Origin: an uncultured Candidatus Saccharibacteria bacterium
GTDB lineage: Bacteria > Patescibacteriota > Minisyncoccia > Phycocordibacterales > JACOZG01
Reading direction: 5' to 3'
DNA length: 64,000 nt
Assembly: GCA_964648765.1 (NCBI GenBank)
Contig: CAZYLF010000001.1
Coordinates: forward strand, 480,632-544,631
Positions 47,450 through 57,834 of this stretch are shown piece by piece. The notes under the pieces are model-generated. The model did not search any database. It was not told where the DNA came from and saw only the letters and a list, made by a program, of their open reading frames with translations. The translations under genes were made by a program, and so were the position numbers. Position 1 is the first letter of the stretch. Each line of letters opens with the position of its first letter.

Positions 47450-50053
47450 TTATGCTGATTTTTTGCGCAAAATTTTCTTTAAATACTTAGCAGTGTGTGA
47501 ACCTGGTGTATACGCCACTTCTTCTGGTGTGCCAATCGCCACAATTTGCCCACCACCAAGGCCACCTTCCGGTCCCATATCTATAACATAATCTGAGCAT
47601 TTTATAATTTCTAAATTATGCTCGATCACCACCACACTATTCCCCTTCTCCACTAATTTATTCATAATCTCAATCAACTTTCGCACATCTTCATAATGTA
47701 AACCTACTGTCGGTTCATCAAGTAAATAAATTGTGCGTTCGGTGAACGGCCTATAAAGTTCTGATGAAATCTTCACTCTCTGCGCCTCACCGCCCGATAG
47801 CGTGGTAGCCGATTGCCCAAGCTGGAGATATCCTAAACCCACGGCCAATAAAGTTTCTAACCTATCGGCGATCGCTGGAATATCATGGAAGAATTCCAAA
47901 GCTTCCTCTACGGTTAAGTGAAGCACATCATCAATATTCTTTTTCTGATATCTCACTTCAAGTGTTTCTTTATCAAATCTTTTTCCTCGACACACGTCAC
48001 ATTCCACATACACAGTGGGGAGAAAGTTCATTTCTACTGCAATTGTGCCGTTACCTTGGCAAGCTTCACATCTGCCGCCTTTAACGTTAAACGAGAAGCG
48101 ATTGGCCTTCCAACCCTTTAGTCTCGCGCCTTCCGTGGCAGCGAAAAGGTCTCGGATGTGCGTAAAGGCGCCAGTGTATGTGGCTGGGTTGGAGCGTGGT
48201 GTACGACCAATTGGTGATTGATCAATTAATACGGCGCGATGCACATATTCTGTTCCTGAGAATTCTTTACAGTTATAAACGGCGCTTGAGCGATAACGGC
48301 GATCAAATCTGGCTTGCAAATTCTTGTGTAAAATTTCGTAAACTAAAGATGATTTGCCGGAACCAGACACGCCGGTGATGGACACTAAACGCCCGAGTGG
48401 AATATCAACCTTCAAGTTTTTAATATTAAAGATATTGCCACCGCGGATTTTAATTAAGCCCTTTTCCGACGCGCGGCGTTTGTCTGGAATGGGGATAGAA
48501 ACATCACCGCGCAGGTAATCCACTGTTACGGAATTAAAAGTATTCTTCTTGGCCGTTAGCAACTTCTCTATGTCGTCGGCCACCACGATTTTGCCACCAT
48601 GCACGCCAGCGCCCGGACCGATGTCTACCAGATAATCTGATGCGTAAATTGTGTCTTCATCATGCTCCACCACAATGATTGTGTTGCCGATGTCGCGGAG
48701 ATCTTGAAGCGTTTTAATTAAACGATCGTTATCGCGGGAGTGAAGACCGATGGTAGGTTCATCAAGTACGTAAAGTGCGCCTACTAAGCGCGAGCCGAGC
48801 TGCGAGGCTAAACGAATACGCTGGGCTTCACCGCCCGAGAGCGTGTGAGCGCGACGGTCGAGCGTGATGTAATCCAAGCCGACGTCGAGTAAGAACTTTA
48901 AACGCGATTCAATCTCCTTAAGAATTACTTTAGAAATTTCTTTCTCCTTTTCCGTTAGTTTTAAATTATTAAAAAAATTATTAGCCTTCTCAATTGAGAG
49001 CGCGGCTACTTCCACAATGTTTAATCCCCCGCTCTCTTTACTCCCGTTCAAGCGCACCTCAAGCGCTTCTGGTCGTAAACGATTGCCATGGCAAGTGTCA
49101 CAAGAATCAGAACCGAAAAAGTGTTTGGTCCCCAAACCATGACAAGCCGGACAAGCACCGTAAGGTGAATTAAAGGAGAAAAGACGTGGTTCAATTTCAG
49201 GATATGAGAAGCCGTCAAATGGGCAAGCAAATTTAGCAGAGAAAATGTTACTTTCCTCGCCTACTATAATCTTCACCAAGCCATCACTCTCGTTTAAGGC
49301 GCGTTCCACCCCCTCACTTAAACGTTCATTGGAGGAGTCCACGGTGGCTTGCCCAACCTCCTTACCGATTTTACTCCCTGTGCTTTTGCCACCAGTGAAA
49401 TCAATAAGCGGAATCTCATCCACAATCACATCAATCTCGTGCTTTTTATTTTTATCGAGCAAGATGCGCTCGCGCAGAAGTTTACGCGCGCCATCAATAA
49501 TTACCTCGCGATAACCTTTATCTAAGAGATCATAAAGTAGTTGATAATATTCGCCTTTTCTTCCCCGAATTAATGGAGAAGTAATTAAAAGTGAATCGCC
49601 CTTAGCGCCTTTTAAATTCTCCTTCACCAAACCCACAATCTCAGCATTTGAGAGTTTAACGATCGGGCGGCTACAGGTTAAACAATATGGTCGGCCCACG
49701 CGCGCGTAGAGCACACGGAGGTAATCATAAATTTCAGTAATCGTGGCTACTGTGGAACGTGGATTATTAGAGCGCGACTTCTGGTCTATTGAAATGGCTG
49801 GCGAGAGTCCGCGGATCTCATCCACGTCGGGCTTTTGCATCTGCTTTAAAAATTGTCGGGCGTAAGAAGAGAGGGATTCCACATAACGTCGCTGACCTTC
49901 AGCGAAAATAGTGTCGAAGGCCAGGGATGATTTACCTGAACCAGAGAGACCAGTGAACACCACCATTTTACCACGTGGAATTTCGAGATTTACGTTTTTG
50001 AGATTATGAGTTCTCGCACCCTTAATCACAATTTTATCTTCCTCGCTTTTCAT
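47450..50053 (-). CDS. uvrA: Excinuclease ABC subunit A
   Basis: Two ABC ATPase modules ([14 protein letters not shown]; [11 protein letters not shown]) and C4 zinc fingers. Confidence 0.9.
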   Translation of the reverse strand: MKSEEDKIVIKGARTHNLKNVNLEIPRGKMVVFTGLSGSGKSSLAFDTIFAEGQRRYVESLSSYARQFLKQMQKPDVDEIRGLSPAISIDQKSRSNNPRSTVATITEIYDYLRVLYARVGRPYCLTCSRPIVKLSNAEIVGLVKENLKGAKGDSLLITSPLIRGRKGEYYQLLYDLLDKGYREVIIDGARKLLRERILLDKNKKHEIDVIVDEIPLIDFTGGKSTGSKIGKEVGQATVDSSNERLSEGVERALNESDGLVKIIVGEESNIFSAKFACPFDGFSYPEIEPRLFSFNSPYGACPACHGLGTKHFFGSDSCDTCHGNRLRPEALEVRLNGSKESGGLNIVEVAALSIEKANNFFNNLKLTEKEKEISKVILKEIESRLKFLLDVGLDYITLDRRAHTLSGGEAQRIRLASQLGSRLVGALYVLDEPTIGLHSRDNDRLIKTLQDLRDIGNTIIVVEHDEDTIYASDYLVDIGPGAGVHGGKIVVADDIEKLLTAKKNTFNSVTVDYLRGDVSIPIPDKRRASEKGLIKIRGGNIFNIKNLKVDIPLGRLVSITGVSGSGKSSLVYEILHKNLQARFDRRYRSSAVYNCKEFSGTEYVHRAVLIDQSPIGRTPRSNPATYTGAFTHIRDLFAATEGARLKGWKANRFSFNVKGGRCEACQGNGTIAVEMNFLPTVYVECDVCRGKRFDKETLEVRYQKKNIDDVLHLTVEEALEFFHDIPAIADRLETLLAVGLGYLQLGQSATTLSGGEAQRVKISSELYRPFTERTIYLLDEPTVGLHYEDVRKLIEIMNKLVEKGNSVVVIEHNLEIIKCSDYVIDMGPEGGLGGGQIVAIGTPEEVAYTPGSHTAKYLKKILRKKSA

Positions 50054-50086
50054 AAATTAGCGTTGATTATAGCAGGAATATGGTAT

Positions 50087-50110
50087 CTTGACAAATGTAA
50101 AGGTATATAA
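50087..50110 (+). promoter_or_regulatory. TTGACAAAT motif copy upstream of TATAAT (spacing atypical, 12 nt)
   Basis: TCTTGACAAATGTAAAGGTATATAAT. The motif is conserved, but the -35/-10 spacing does not fit canonical sigma70. Confidence 0.35.
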
Positions 50111-50173
50111 TAGGGTAATTATCAGCTGGGTTGAGTCCCCCGGGTATTGGTGTCACTTACTGAAAGGCGAGAA

Positions 50174-50395
50174 ATGAGGAGTGTTAAGGTAATTCACACG
50201 CAGGAATCTGAAAATTATGCGAAACTTCATCAGTCCAAAATTGACGAAGAAGTCGCGAAGATGGCGAAATGTGGAGCAATTGTGATAGGTGCTAGCACGG
50301 CCTTTGGCACATACAGTCGTGAATATTTAACAATAGCCACGACCATCGTATTTGAGGAGTCAAAAAAGCTGGACAGTGTATTTGAGGAGTGCTAG
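50174..50395 (+). CDS. Hypothetical small protein (73 aa)
   Basis: GAAAGGCGAGAA RBS, own terminator; the track ORF extends to 50147. Confidence 0.35.
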   Translation: MRSVKVIHTQESENYAKLHQSKIDEEVAKMAKCGAIVIGASTAFGTYSREYLTIATTIVFEESKKLDSVFEEC

Positions 50396-50426
50396 CAAGA
50401 ACTGACTTTGGTAAATTTTCTCAAGT

Positions 50427-50462
50427 GTCCTGTTGGGCTCATAGCTCACAGGACATTTTTTA
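50427..50462 (+). terminator. Rho-independent terminator
   Basis: GTCCTGT...ACAGGAC stem followed by TTTTTT. Confidence 0.65.
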
Positions 50463-50463
50463 T

Positions 50464-52476
50464 TTAAACCTCCTCCCCTCTCAACATTTTAATTTCGTCG
50501 CGGAGTAAGGCGGCGGTTTCGAAGTCGAGTTCTTTAATCGCAGCGGACATTTGCTTCTGTCGGTCACGGATAAGTTTGCGTTTATCTGTGCCTGAAGCTT
50601 TATCAATCTTCACAATCTCAAACAACGCTTTACCACGCTCACTCTCAAGCGTGTTGGTAATATCACTAATCGTCTTTATGATCGTCATCGGTGTGATGCC
50701 GTGCTTTTTATTATATGCTAGCTGAATGTCACGTCGGCGATTAGTCTCATCAATCGCAGCCTTCATTGAGCGGGTGATATTGTCACCATACAAGATCACC
50801 CAACCTTCAGAATTCCGCGCTGCGCGACCAATAGTTTGAATGAGCGAAACTTCCGAACGTAAAAATCCTTCTTTATCTGCATCAAGAATTCCGATTAACG
50901 AAACTTCCGGTAAATCCAAACCTTCACGCAACAAGTTCACACCCACCAAACAATCAAATTTACCTTTCCGAAAATCCGTCAAAATTTTAATTCGCTCAAT
51001 CGTTTTAATTTCACTATGCAGATACTCGGCTTTAACCCCTTTCTCTTTTAAATACGTACTTAAATCCTCTGCCATTTTTTTGGTCAGCGTGGTGGCAATC
51101 ACGCGCATGCCGCCCTTAATCACCTTCTCCGCTTCAGCAATAAAGTCCTTAATTTGTCCGGGGTAATTGGCCTTTTGAATAATCGGCCGCACATCAATTT
51201 TAGGATCCACCAAACCAGTAGGACGGATAATCTGCTCCACAATTTGCGTAGAACGTTCGCGCTCAAAGTCGCTTGGTGTGGCTGAAGTATAAATAATCTG
51301 CCCCACACGCTCCATAAATTCATTAAATTTAAGCGGTCGGTTATCGGCCGCTGAAGGCAAACGGAAACCGTGTTCGATCAATGTCTTCTTGCGGCTCTGA
51401 TCGCCAGCATACATGCCACCAACCTGCGGAATTGTGACGTGAGATTCATCGATGATGGTTAAAAAATCTGGCTTACCATCGGGAGTCTGGGGGAAGTAGG
51501 CAAGCAAAGTATCTGGTGGTTCACCGACGGGCCGGCCAGACATGTGACGCGAGTAATTCTCAATACCCGAGCAATATCCCGTCTCGCGGATCATGGCAAT
51601 ATCGTAATTGGTGCGACGCTTTAAACGTTCAGCTTCTAGGATTTTACCTTCTTTATTTAGCCACTTTAAATGTTCATCAAGCTCATCTTTAATTAATTTT
51701 ATCGCGCGAGTCACTTCCTCTTTAGTGGTCACAAAATGTTTGGCGGGGAAGAGAAAGGCTTCCGCCAGATTCTCTAAAATTTCCCTACTCACTGGATCAA
51801 CTTTTTCAATTTGAGTTACACCAGATGGCGCAAGAGTGATCGAAAAAATCACTTCTTCTCCCGTCGGCATCACCTCCACTCTATCACCCGTGGCGCGGAA
51901 GGTGCCTGGTGTGAGATCGGCGGAAGTGCGCGTGTAATGATTTTTAATTAAATTAGTAAATAATTCTTGGCGAGATAAATGTTCGCCAACGCGGATTAAA
52001 AGATTCGCCTTCTCATATTCCTTCGGACTGCCGAGACCATAAATGCAAGAGACCGAAGCCACAATAATTACGTCCGGCCGAGTAAGTAAAGCCTGAGTGG
52101 AAGCGTGACGGAGCCGATCGATTTCTTTATTAATCTGTGCGTCCTTCTCAATATATGTATCCGTAATCGGCATATAAGCCTCGGGTTGATAGTAGTCGTA
52201 GTAGGAGACGAAATAATGCACGGCGTTGTCGGGGAAGAAGTCACGATACTCTTGCGCCAGCTGGGCGGCGAGAGTTTTATTGTGAGCGATAACGAGTGTG
52301 GGTTTATTAACTTGGGCAATAAGATTGGCGGCGGTGAAGGTTTTACCCGAGCCGGTTACGCCGAGTAGAGTTTGCTCTCTGTCGCCACGCTTAAGACCGA
52401 GCATCAATTGCTCGATCGCCTTGGGCTGATCCCCCGCCGGCTCAAACTTGGACTTTAAAATGAATTTATTAGGCAC
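50464..52476 (-). CDS. uvrB: Excinuclease ABC subunit B
   Basis: GVTGSGKT Walker A, helicase motifs, C-terminal UVR domain (ALLRDEIKMLR). Confidence 0.9.
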   Translation of the reverse strand: MPNKFILKSKFEPAGDQPKAIEQLMLGLKRGDREQTLLGVTGSGKTFTAANLIAQVNKPTLVIAHNKTLAAQLAQEYRDFFPDNAVHYFVSYYDYYQPEAYMPITDTYIEKDAQINKEIDRLRHASTQALLTRPDVIIVASVSCIYGLGSPKEYEKANLLIRVGEHLSRQELFTNLIKNHYTRTSADLTPGTFRATGDRVEVMPTGEEVIFSITLAPSGVTQIEKVDPVSREILENLAEAFLFPAKHFVTTKEEVTRAIKLIKDELDEHLKWLNKEGKILEAERLKRRTNYDIAMIRETGYCSGIENYSRHMSGRPVGEPPDTLLAYFPQTPDGKPDFLTIIDESHVTIPQVGGMYAGDQSRKKTLIEHGFRLPSAADNRPLKFNEFMERVGQIIYTSATPSDFERERSTQIVEQIIRPTGLVDPKIDVRPIIQKANYPGQIKDFIAEAEKVIKGGMRVIATTLTKKMAEDLSTYLKEKGVKAEYLHSEIKTIERIKILTDFRKGKFDCLVGVNLLREGLDLPEVSLIGILDADKEGFLRSEVSLIQTIGRAARNSEGWVILYGDNITRSMKAAIDETNRRRDIQLAYNKKHGITPMTIIKTISDITNTLESERGKALFEIVKIDKASGTDKRKLIRDRQKQMSAAIKELDFETAALLRDEIKMLRGEEV

Positions 52477-52479
52477 AAG

Positions 52480-53742
52480 CTAATTTAACCACGATTTCTT
52501 AAACTCTGTAAATCTATTATCTAAGATTGATTGGCGGATATTTTTTACTAAATTAACGATAAAATAGAGATTATGCACTGAGGCTAAGGTGTTGGCGAGA
52601 ATTTCTTTAGCTCTAAATAGGTGGGCAATGTAGGATCGAGTAAAATTTTGGCAAGTGTAACATTGGCAACCCTTTTCAATTGGCGAAAAATCTTCACGGA
52701 ATTCTTGATTTAAAATATTTATTCTTCCTGCTTTAGTCCACAATGCGCCATTCCTCGCCTCGCGCGTGGGCGCCACGCAGTCAAAGGTGTCCACACCCAT
52801 TTCCACCGCGGCAAAAATGTCTTCCACCGCGCCAATACCTAAAAGATGTCGCGGTTTGTCTTCTGGTAAAATTTGATTGACCCAACCCACCGCCATATCA
52901 ATATCCTTTTTAATAAACGAGCCACCAATGCCGAAGCCATCAAAGTCCATTGCTCCAATTGTTCTGGCACTTTCTTCTCGTAGATCTTGATGTCTTCCAC
53001 CTTGTACTATGCCGAACAAAGCTTGTGTGCCGCCAAGCTTTTTATGTTCATCAAGTGATCTTTTGGCCCAAGCGTGGGTACGAGCAAGTGCTTCTTTTTG
53101 GTATTCATACGTGGCCGTTGAAGCGGTGCACTCGTCGAAGGCGAAGATGATGTCAGCGCCCAAATCGTGCTGGATCTGCATTGATTTTTCTGGAGTGAAG
53201 CGATGCTCGCTGCCATCGCGAGGTGAACGAAAGGTTACGCCATCATCATCAATTTTGGCAGGGGCACCCAAGGCAACTGATTCAAAATTTTGTTCGTGTA
53301 GCCCGCCAGCATCGATCGCATTTTGATGCGTTCGGGCGGGGGTTCCCGTACCAACGGGATGAAGCAACGAGAATTCGGATTTGTCTGCGGAATCTTCCTT
53401 TGCGATTTTGCTAACACTTTTTCCAAAGGCTTCACCGAGCGAGAAAACTTGAAAGCCACCAGAGTCTGTGAGAGTCGGCCCGGACCAATTCATAAACTTT
53501 CCTAATCCCCCGCCCGCCTTTACAATTTTTTCTCCTGGTTCGAGATATAAGTGATAAGTGTTTGCGAGCACAGCTTCCGCTCCCAAACTTGAGATCATCT
53601 CCGGAGTTAGAGCTTTAACGGTTGCTTTCGTTCCAACCACAGTAAAAGCTGGCGTGTGTATTTCGCCATGCGGAGTTTTAATTACCCCGGCGCGCCCAAG
53701 GCTTCCAGGGATTCTGGCTTCAATTTTAAACGAGGACGACAT
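52480..53742 (-). CDS. tgt: Queuine tRNA-ribosyltransferase
   Basis: TIM-barrel TGT pattern (TPAFTVVGTKATVK, LANTYHLYL, catalytic Asp region) and CxCxxC...H zinc site (CQCYTC). Confidence 0.85.
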   Translation of the reverse strand: MSSSFKIEARIPGSLGRAGVIKTPHGEIHTPAFTVVGTKATVKALTPEMISSLGAEAVLANTYHLYLEPGEKIVKAGGGLGKFMNWSGPTLTDSGGFQVFSLGEAFGKSVSKIAKEDSADKSEFSLLHPVGTGTPARTHQNAIDAGGLHEQNFESVALGAPAKIDDDGVTFRSPRDGSEHRFTPEKSMQIQHDLGADIIFAFDECTASTATYEYQKEALARTHAWAKRSLDEHKKLGGTQALFGIVQGGRHQDLREESARTIGAMDFDGFGIGGSFIKKDIDMAVGWVNQILPEDKPRHLLGIGAVEDIFAAVEMGVDTFDCVAPTREARNGALWTKAGRINILNQEFREDFSPIEKGCQCYTCQNFTRSYIAHLFRAKEILANTLASVHNLYFIVNLVKNIRQSILDNRFTEFKKSWLN

Positions 53743-53759
53743 TCACCTATTCTTACCCT

Positions 53760-55742
53760 TTAAGACACAGGATTGCAAGCCGCACACACACCAAATTCTT
53801 CTAACTTATCTAAATATTTAATTACAGCTCTCACATATTCCGCATGGCTCCAAACCAAAGGCGCCACAGAGAGAGATTCGCCAGTATGAGGATTCAGTTG
53901 CTCAGACAAGATACCAGAGGGCGAAGCGTACTTAAGTACCCAACGAAAAATTTCTCTAACTGGTTCAAGATCCTTCTCATTTTTAGCTTGATCAATTATG
54001 TAGTGAGCTGACCACAAACTTGGCACAAACCAAGGGTTACCAGGGGTATTCTTATCAATTTGATAATAGTTATCACCGGTATATCTTGCCACTCCACCCA
54101 CCAAAGTTTTAACTCTTAAAGCTTGATCTGTAACCTTAAGTGCCTTTATCAACCTTTCATCGTCATGAGTTAAAACTTTAAATTGATAAACTCCAAACGC
54201 GCTTGAGGCGTCAATTGCTTCGTCATAAACTAGCTCGTCTTGATTAAATGAAAGCATTTTATAAAAACAGCCACGTTTTTCATCATACAGGTGCCGTAAA
54301 ATTGCCTCTTTAACCTCACGCGCAGCCCGGCGATAAGTGTCCTCATTTTTTATTTTACCTAAAAGTTTAGCAAACTCACTGGCTACGGTTAGCGCACCAT
54401 ATACAGCCGATGAAGAAAATGTCGTCACCCCTAGCTTCTCCTCCCAAAGATCGTAACTCTCTTTAGGCAAACCAGTGCGCGGATCGCGATAAAGTACCAT
54501 AAAGTCCGCAGCTTTTTTAATTAGTGAGTTATAAATTTCCTCAATAAATTCTAAATCTTTAGTGACGGTGTAATACTCCCAAAGTGAGTAAATTACCAAA
54601 GCGGTTTCATCTTCTTGAATTGGCAATTGAGCTTGACCATTTCTAAACCACGGATGCCATGAACTACCGAGTGAGCCGTCAGGACTGTATTTATGCATAA
54701 AGTAGCCTTCGTCAGAAATAATTTTATTACAAAATGCAAAAAAGCTTCTTGCCACTGAACCGTCTCCTGCAAGAGTGAGTGCAAGTGCGGTAAACGAAGC
54801 ATCGCGTGGCCATACATAAGCATAAGTATCCTTGCCTTTTTGCAAAGTATTGGAATCTCCGGAAGCAATAATCGCCCCATTAGTGCTGGCATGGGCCCTC
54901 ATTATTAATAGCGATTGATTAAAAAGTTTTACCAGATCAGGCTCAAGACCATAAAAGCTAAAATTTTGGCGGGTTACCCAGGCTTGCCAATAATTTTTTG
55001 TAGTCTCGACTAAATGCCCCGCACCCTTGGCAAGCACATAATTGTTAAGTTCCGTGGCCTCTTTAATTGATGTGGCAACCGTGAGCCAGTAATATAAAAT
55101 TTTTGTCTCATCTGGCTTATAAACTCCAGTGAGTGCTATAAATGAATCGGCGGGGCCATGCTCAATTGGGTTTTTTTCTAACTTTCCGTCGATTGCGTCG
55201 TACTCTGTACCCTCTTTACCATCCACACCAAATACTCCAGTACTAAAGTCATCAAAATTGCGACCTTCAAGTTGAGCATTAATTAAAATGGCGCGCTGGT
55301 TACGGTAATGGATTACTGTGTTGTTTGAAGGGTTAAAGTAGGCCGTGTGTGCCGAGCGGGATTCTGTGAGCTCAAATTTATGACCAAAGAAAATCTTAAT
55401 CTTGCGCTCGCGATAGGCCAAGTTTTTTATTAAAATTTTACGAACAAAAATATCCTTTTCATTATAAACAAGATCGTTGAAGAAAATTGAAAGTTCAAGA
55501 TCCTTATTTATAGCCATAGTCTCGCCCGCTAGCACATTTGTTTCAGTTTTAATTTCAATCTTCCAGGCGCCGTCATCAATAAATGAAAAAACTCCATCCA
55601 CCCACACGCCCACGCGGTGAGCAAAACGCCCACCGACTTGGTTCTCTAACCCAATATAGGGGAAGTACAAATCTCTCACCTCGGCACGCTCGTCGAGATT
55701 AATTAGGATACGTCCATTACCGAGGGTGAGCGCCTTCGACAT
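53760..55742 (-). CDS. GH15-family glycoside hydrolase (glucoamylase/glucodextranase/trehalase-like)
   Basis: 660 aa, an N-terminal beta-sandwich region followed by an (alpha/alpha)6-barrel-like region rich in W/Y/E; weak family-level similarity only. Confidence 0.55.
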   Translation of the reverse strand: MSKALTLGNGRILINLDERAEVRDLYFPYIGLENQVGGRFAHRVGVWVDGVFSFIDDGAWKIEIKTETNVLAGETMAINKDLELSIFFNDLVYNEKDIFVRKILIKNLAYRERKIKIFFGHKFELTESRSAHTAYFNPSNNTVIHYRNQRAILINAQLEGRNFDDFSTGVFGVDGKEGTEYDAIDGKLEKNPIEHGPADSFIALTGVYKPDETKILYYWLTVATSIKEATELNNYVLAKGAGHLVETTKNYWQAWVTRQNFSFYGLEPDLVKLFNQSLLIMRAHASTNGAIIASGDSNTLQKGKDTYAYVWPRDASFTALALTLAGDGSVARSFFAFCNKIISDEGYFMHKYSPDGSLGSSWHPWFRNGQAQLPIQEDETALVIYSLWEYYTVTKDLEFIEEIYNSLIKKAADFMVLYRDPRTGLPKESYDLWEEKLGVTTFSSSAVYGALTVASEFAKLLGKIKNEDTYRRAAREVKEAILRHLYDEKRGCFYKMLSFNQDELVYDEAIDASSAFGVYQFKVLTHDDERLIKALKVTDQALRVKTLVGGVARYTGDNYYQIDKNTPGNPWFVPSLWSAHYIIDQAKNEKDLEPVREIFRWVLKYASPSGILSEQLNPHTGESLSVAPLVWSHAEYVRAVIKYLDKLEEFGVCAACNPVS

Positions 55743-55744
55743 TC

Positions 55745-56104
55745 TTAAATTTTATAGCCTTTCAAACTTTTATTAACCGCAGTTAGTGTGGCGCTTATTG
55801 TTTTGGCTTTAGAAATTGCTTGGGCAGTTTTGTCATCTTTAAGTACATGCTTTACCCAATTGGCGAAATCATTACCGCCGTTTTTAGTGTGGAAGTTGTA
55901 ACGTGCCACATCAATTACTTCAAAGTAATTTGCTAACTCTTTTAGACTGCGAAGTACTGGCCCACTACTAACCCAAAACTCTTGACCACTTGGGGCGTAT
56001 ACCAAACTTGGTAAATCGGATTTTGTTTTTGTTACTTTTTTTGGAGTAACCACCTTTGTTGTTTGCACTTTTGGTTTCATAAAATTTAAAATAAAATCTT
56101 TCAT
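55745..56104 (-). CDS. Hypothetical protein within the glucan-metabolism cluster
   Basis: 119-aa ORF tightly packed between the GH15 and GH57 genes. Confidence 0.35.
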   Translation of the reverse strand: MKDFILNFMKPKVQTTKVVTPKKVTKTKSDLPSLVYAPSGQEFWVSSGPVLRSLKELANYFEVIDVARYNFHTKNGGNDFANWVKHVLKDDKTAQAISKAKTISATLTAVNKSLKGYKI

Positions 56105-56137
56105 ATTAATTAATTATTGTTACTATATTTTAACAAA

Positions 56138-57349
56138 CTAGGATTTTTGTGCATTAGCGCTATCCACTCTTAGCTCTAAATCGTGCGCAGCGTTCATGTA
56201 TGCAATATAAGCGTCGTATGGAGATTGATAAGGATTAAAGTAAGCATGCACGTCGCCATCAGCAAACCACTTTGTGCACATGTAGTAAAAGTGGTCAGAA
56301 GTTTGAAGACGACGCCAAGATTCTTGAAGACTTTTACTTTTAACATTTGCCATCCGAGGCTCAAGGGCATAGATACGATCAAGAGCCGAGCGTTGCATCT
56401 CATTTCCTGTCCAAGCGGAGAGATCGCGCTCGGTGTCGGCCCAAGTGAGGATGTGCGGCACATCGAGATCGTCAGACACCGGGAACTTCCTTACTGCTTC
56501 ATCCACAGTGACAAAGTTATTGTCGGGGTGTTTAAGAATCTCGCCCGGCAAATGACGTAAGAATTCAAAGATGCCCGTGTCAGCCCATTGATGCTCACCA
56601 AAAGTCTCGTAATCCATAAAAAGATTAACGAGGTGTCCATTGCCGTTGATGGCGTTTACCCACTGGGCAAATTTAGGAGCATTGAGTGGGTACTCCTTCC
56701 ACGACTTCTCGCCGAAGCGGAAGGCCATGTCGTCAGATAAGCGGTAATTTTTTAAAAGTAATTTAATCTTCTTGGCACCCTTCGGTCGGTATAAAAAGTT
56801 GGGGCTCCGCCAGCCAAGATAATGATCCCAACCTTCGGTTACAACACCCTCATAACCCTTTTTATCGGCCCAGACGCCTACGTCGTTACGATATGAGAGC
56901 TCAGTATTGCGGAAAACTTTAGGTTTAATTCCAAATAATTTTTTAATTTTAGCTTCGTGGAGTTTAACTTGCCGCTCAAACTCTTGTGGTGAATAGAAAA
57001 AGGCTAAGGAATGATAGTAAGTCTCGCCAAGCACACTCACCCGCCCCGTCTCCACTAACTTTTGGAAGACTTCAATAACTTCTGGCGCATTTTCCTCAAG
57101 TTGCTCGAGAGCCAGGCCAGAGAAAGAAAAACTTATTTTAAATTCTGGATGTTTTTTTAATAATTCTAAAAAGGTTAGGCTGGCCGGTAAATATGACTTC
57201 TCCGCGACTTTCCGCAAAATCCGCGCGTTGTTTAAATTAGTTTCCGAATCGTCATTAAAATATTCACTATCACGTCCAACGTCAAAAATTCGATACTTCT
57301 TAACCCGAAGTGGTTGATGAACCTGAAAATATAAACAGACCGCTGGCAT
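56138..57349 (-). CDS. GH57-family alpha-glucan-active enzyme (alpha-amylase/4-alpha-glucanotransferase/branching-type)
   Basis: N-terminal CLYFQVHQP and central MDYETFGEH (catalytic Glu region) are hallmark GH57 segments. Confidence 0.75.
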   Translation of the reverse strand: MPAVCLYFQVHQPLRVKKYRIFDVGRDSEYFNDDSETNLNNARILRKVAEKSYLPASLTFLELLKKHPEFKISFSFSGLALEQLEENAPEVIEVFQKLVETGRVSVLGETYYHSLAFFYSPQEFERQVKLHEAKIKKLFGIKPKVFRNTELSYRNDVGVWADKKGYEGVVTEGWDHYLGWRSPNFLYRPKGAKKIKLLLKNYRLSDDMAFRFGEKSWKEYPLNAPKFAQWVNAINGNGHLVNLFMDYETFGEHQWADTGIFEFLRHLPGEILKHPDNNFVTVDEAVRKFPVSDDLDVPHILTWADTERDLSAWTGNEMQRSALDRIYALEPRMANVKSKSLQESWRRLQTSDHFYYMCTKWFADGDVHAYFNPYQSPYDAYIAYMNAAHDLELRVDSANAQKS

Positions 57350-57364
57350 GCCAATAGTTTAACA

Positions 57365-57405
57365 TAAAAAAACCGGCAACGACTCACATAGTGAATCGCT
57401 GCCGG
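57365..57405. repeat. Direct repeat copy 1 (A-tract + CCGGCAACGA...TCGCTGCCGG hairpin)
   Basis: AAAAAACCGGCAACGACTCACATAGTGAATCGCTGCCGG; near-identical copy at 59430..59468. Confidence 0.7.
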
Positions 57406-57467
57406 CCGAGGCTGGTGGGCAAATTCGCGCTCCAGCTTGCAAGGTAAACTTAAAAGATCAAATGGTT

Positions 57468-57512
57468 GGCCAGCGCAGGAAACGTCTCCTTGGAAACACT
57501 CCTGCGCTGGCC
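57468..57512. repeat. Perfect 13-bp inverted repeat with 19-nt spacer
   Basis: GGCCAGCGCAGGA-N19-TCCTGCGCTGGCC; no flanking T-run, so it is not a canonical terminator. Confidence 0.6.
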
Positions 57513-57681
57513 CCGCTGCCGAGTAGCTGATATGGATTTTTGCACATCTGAGTTTCGATGTCAATTTTTCTTACCCACACTTTTTAGGTTTTTAATTTCA
57601 CCCTTTTTGCTTATAAACCTAAAATCTGGTAGTTTAACGATAGTTTGGTCCTAGAAATTGCTCATGTTTGAGAGGGTGAAA

Positions 57682-57834
57682 ATGACTCAACAAATGTGGA
57701 CTCTAATCACGATATGTGCCGTATTGCTTTTGTTTTGTCTCAAACGATGGCTTGGTAACAATCCCAAATTCATGAAATGGCTTGAAGATGAGTATGATGA
57801 AAATGGTCCAGAAAATCGAAAGGAGAAAAAATGA
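57682..57834 (+). CDS. Small membrane protein (50 aa), translationally coupled (ATGA overlap) to the next gene
   Basis: GAGAGGGTGAAA RBS; hydrophobic LITICAVLLLFCL; below the 60-aa track cutoff. Confidence 0.3.
   Translation: MTQQMWTLITICAVLLLFCLKRWLGNNPKFMKWLEDEYDENGPENRKEKK

Noticed and set aside
50087-50110. Treating the TTGACAAAT copy upstream of 50174 as a standard sigma70 -35
   Set aside because: Spacing to the only good -10 (TATAAT at 50105-50110) is 12 nt, too short for sigma70. It is retained only as a motif occurrence, which is why a regulator-site interpretation is raised.
57232-57564. 110-aa minus-strand ORF covering the GH57 start and the direct repeat/palindrome region
   Set aside because: Overlaps the GH57 N-terminus out of frame and runs through two strong secondary-structure elements; implausible as coding.
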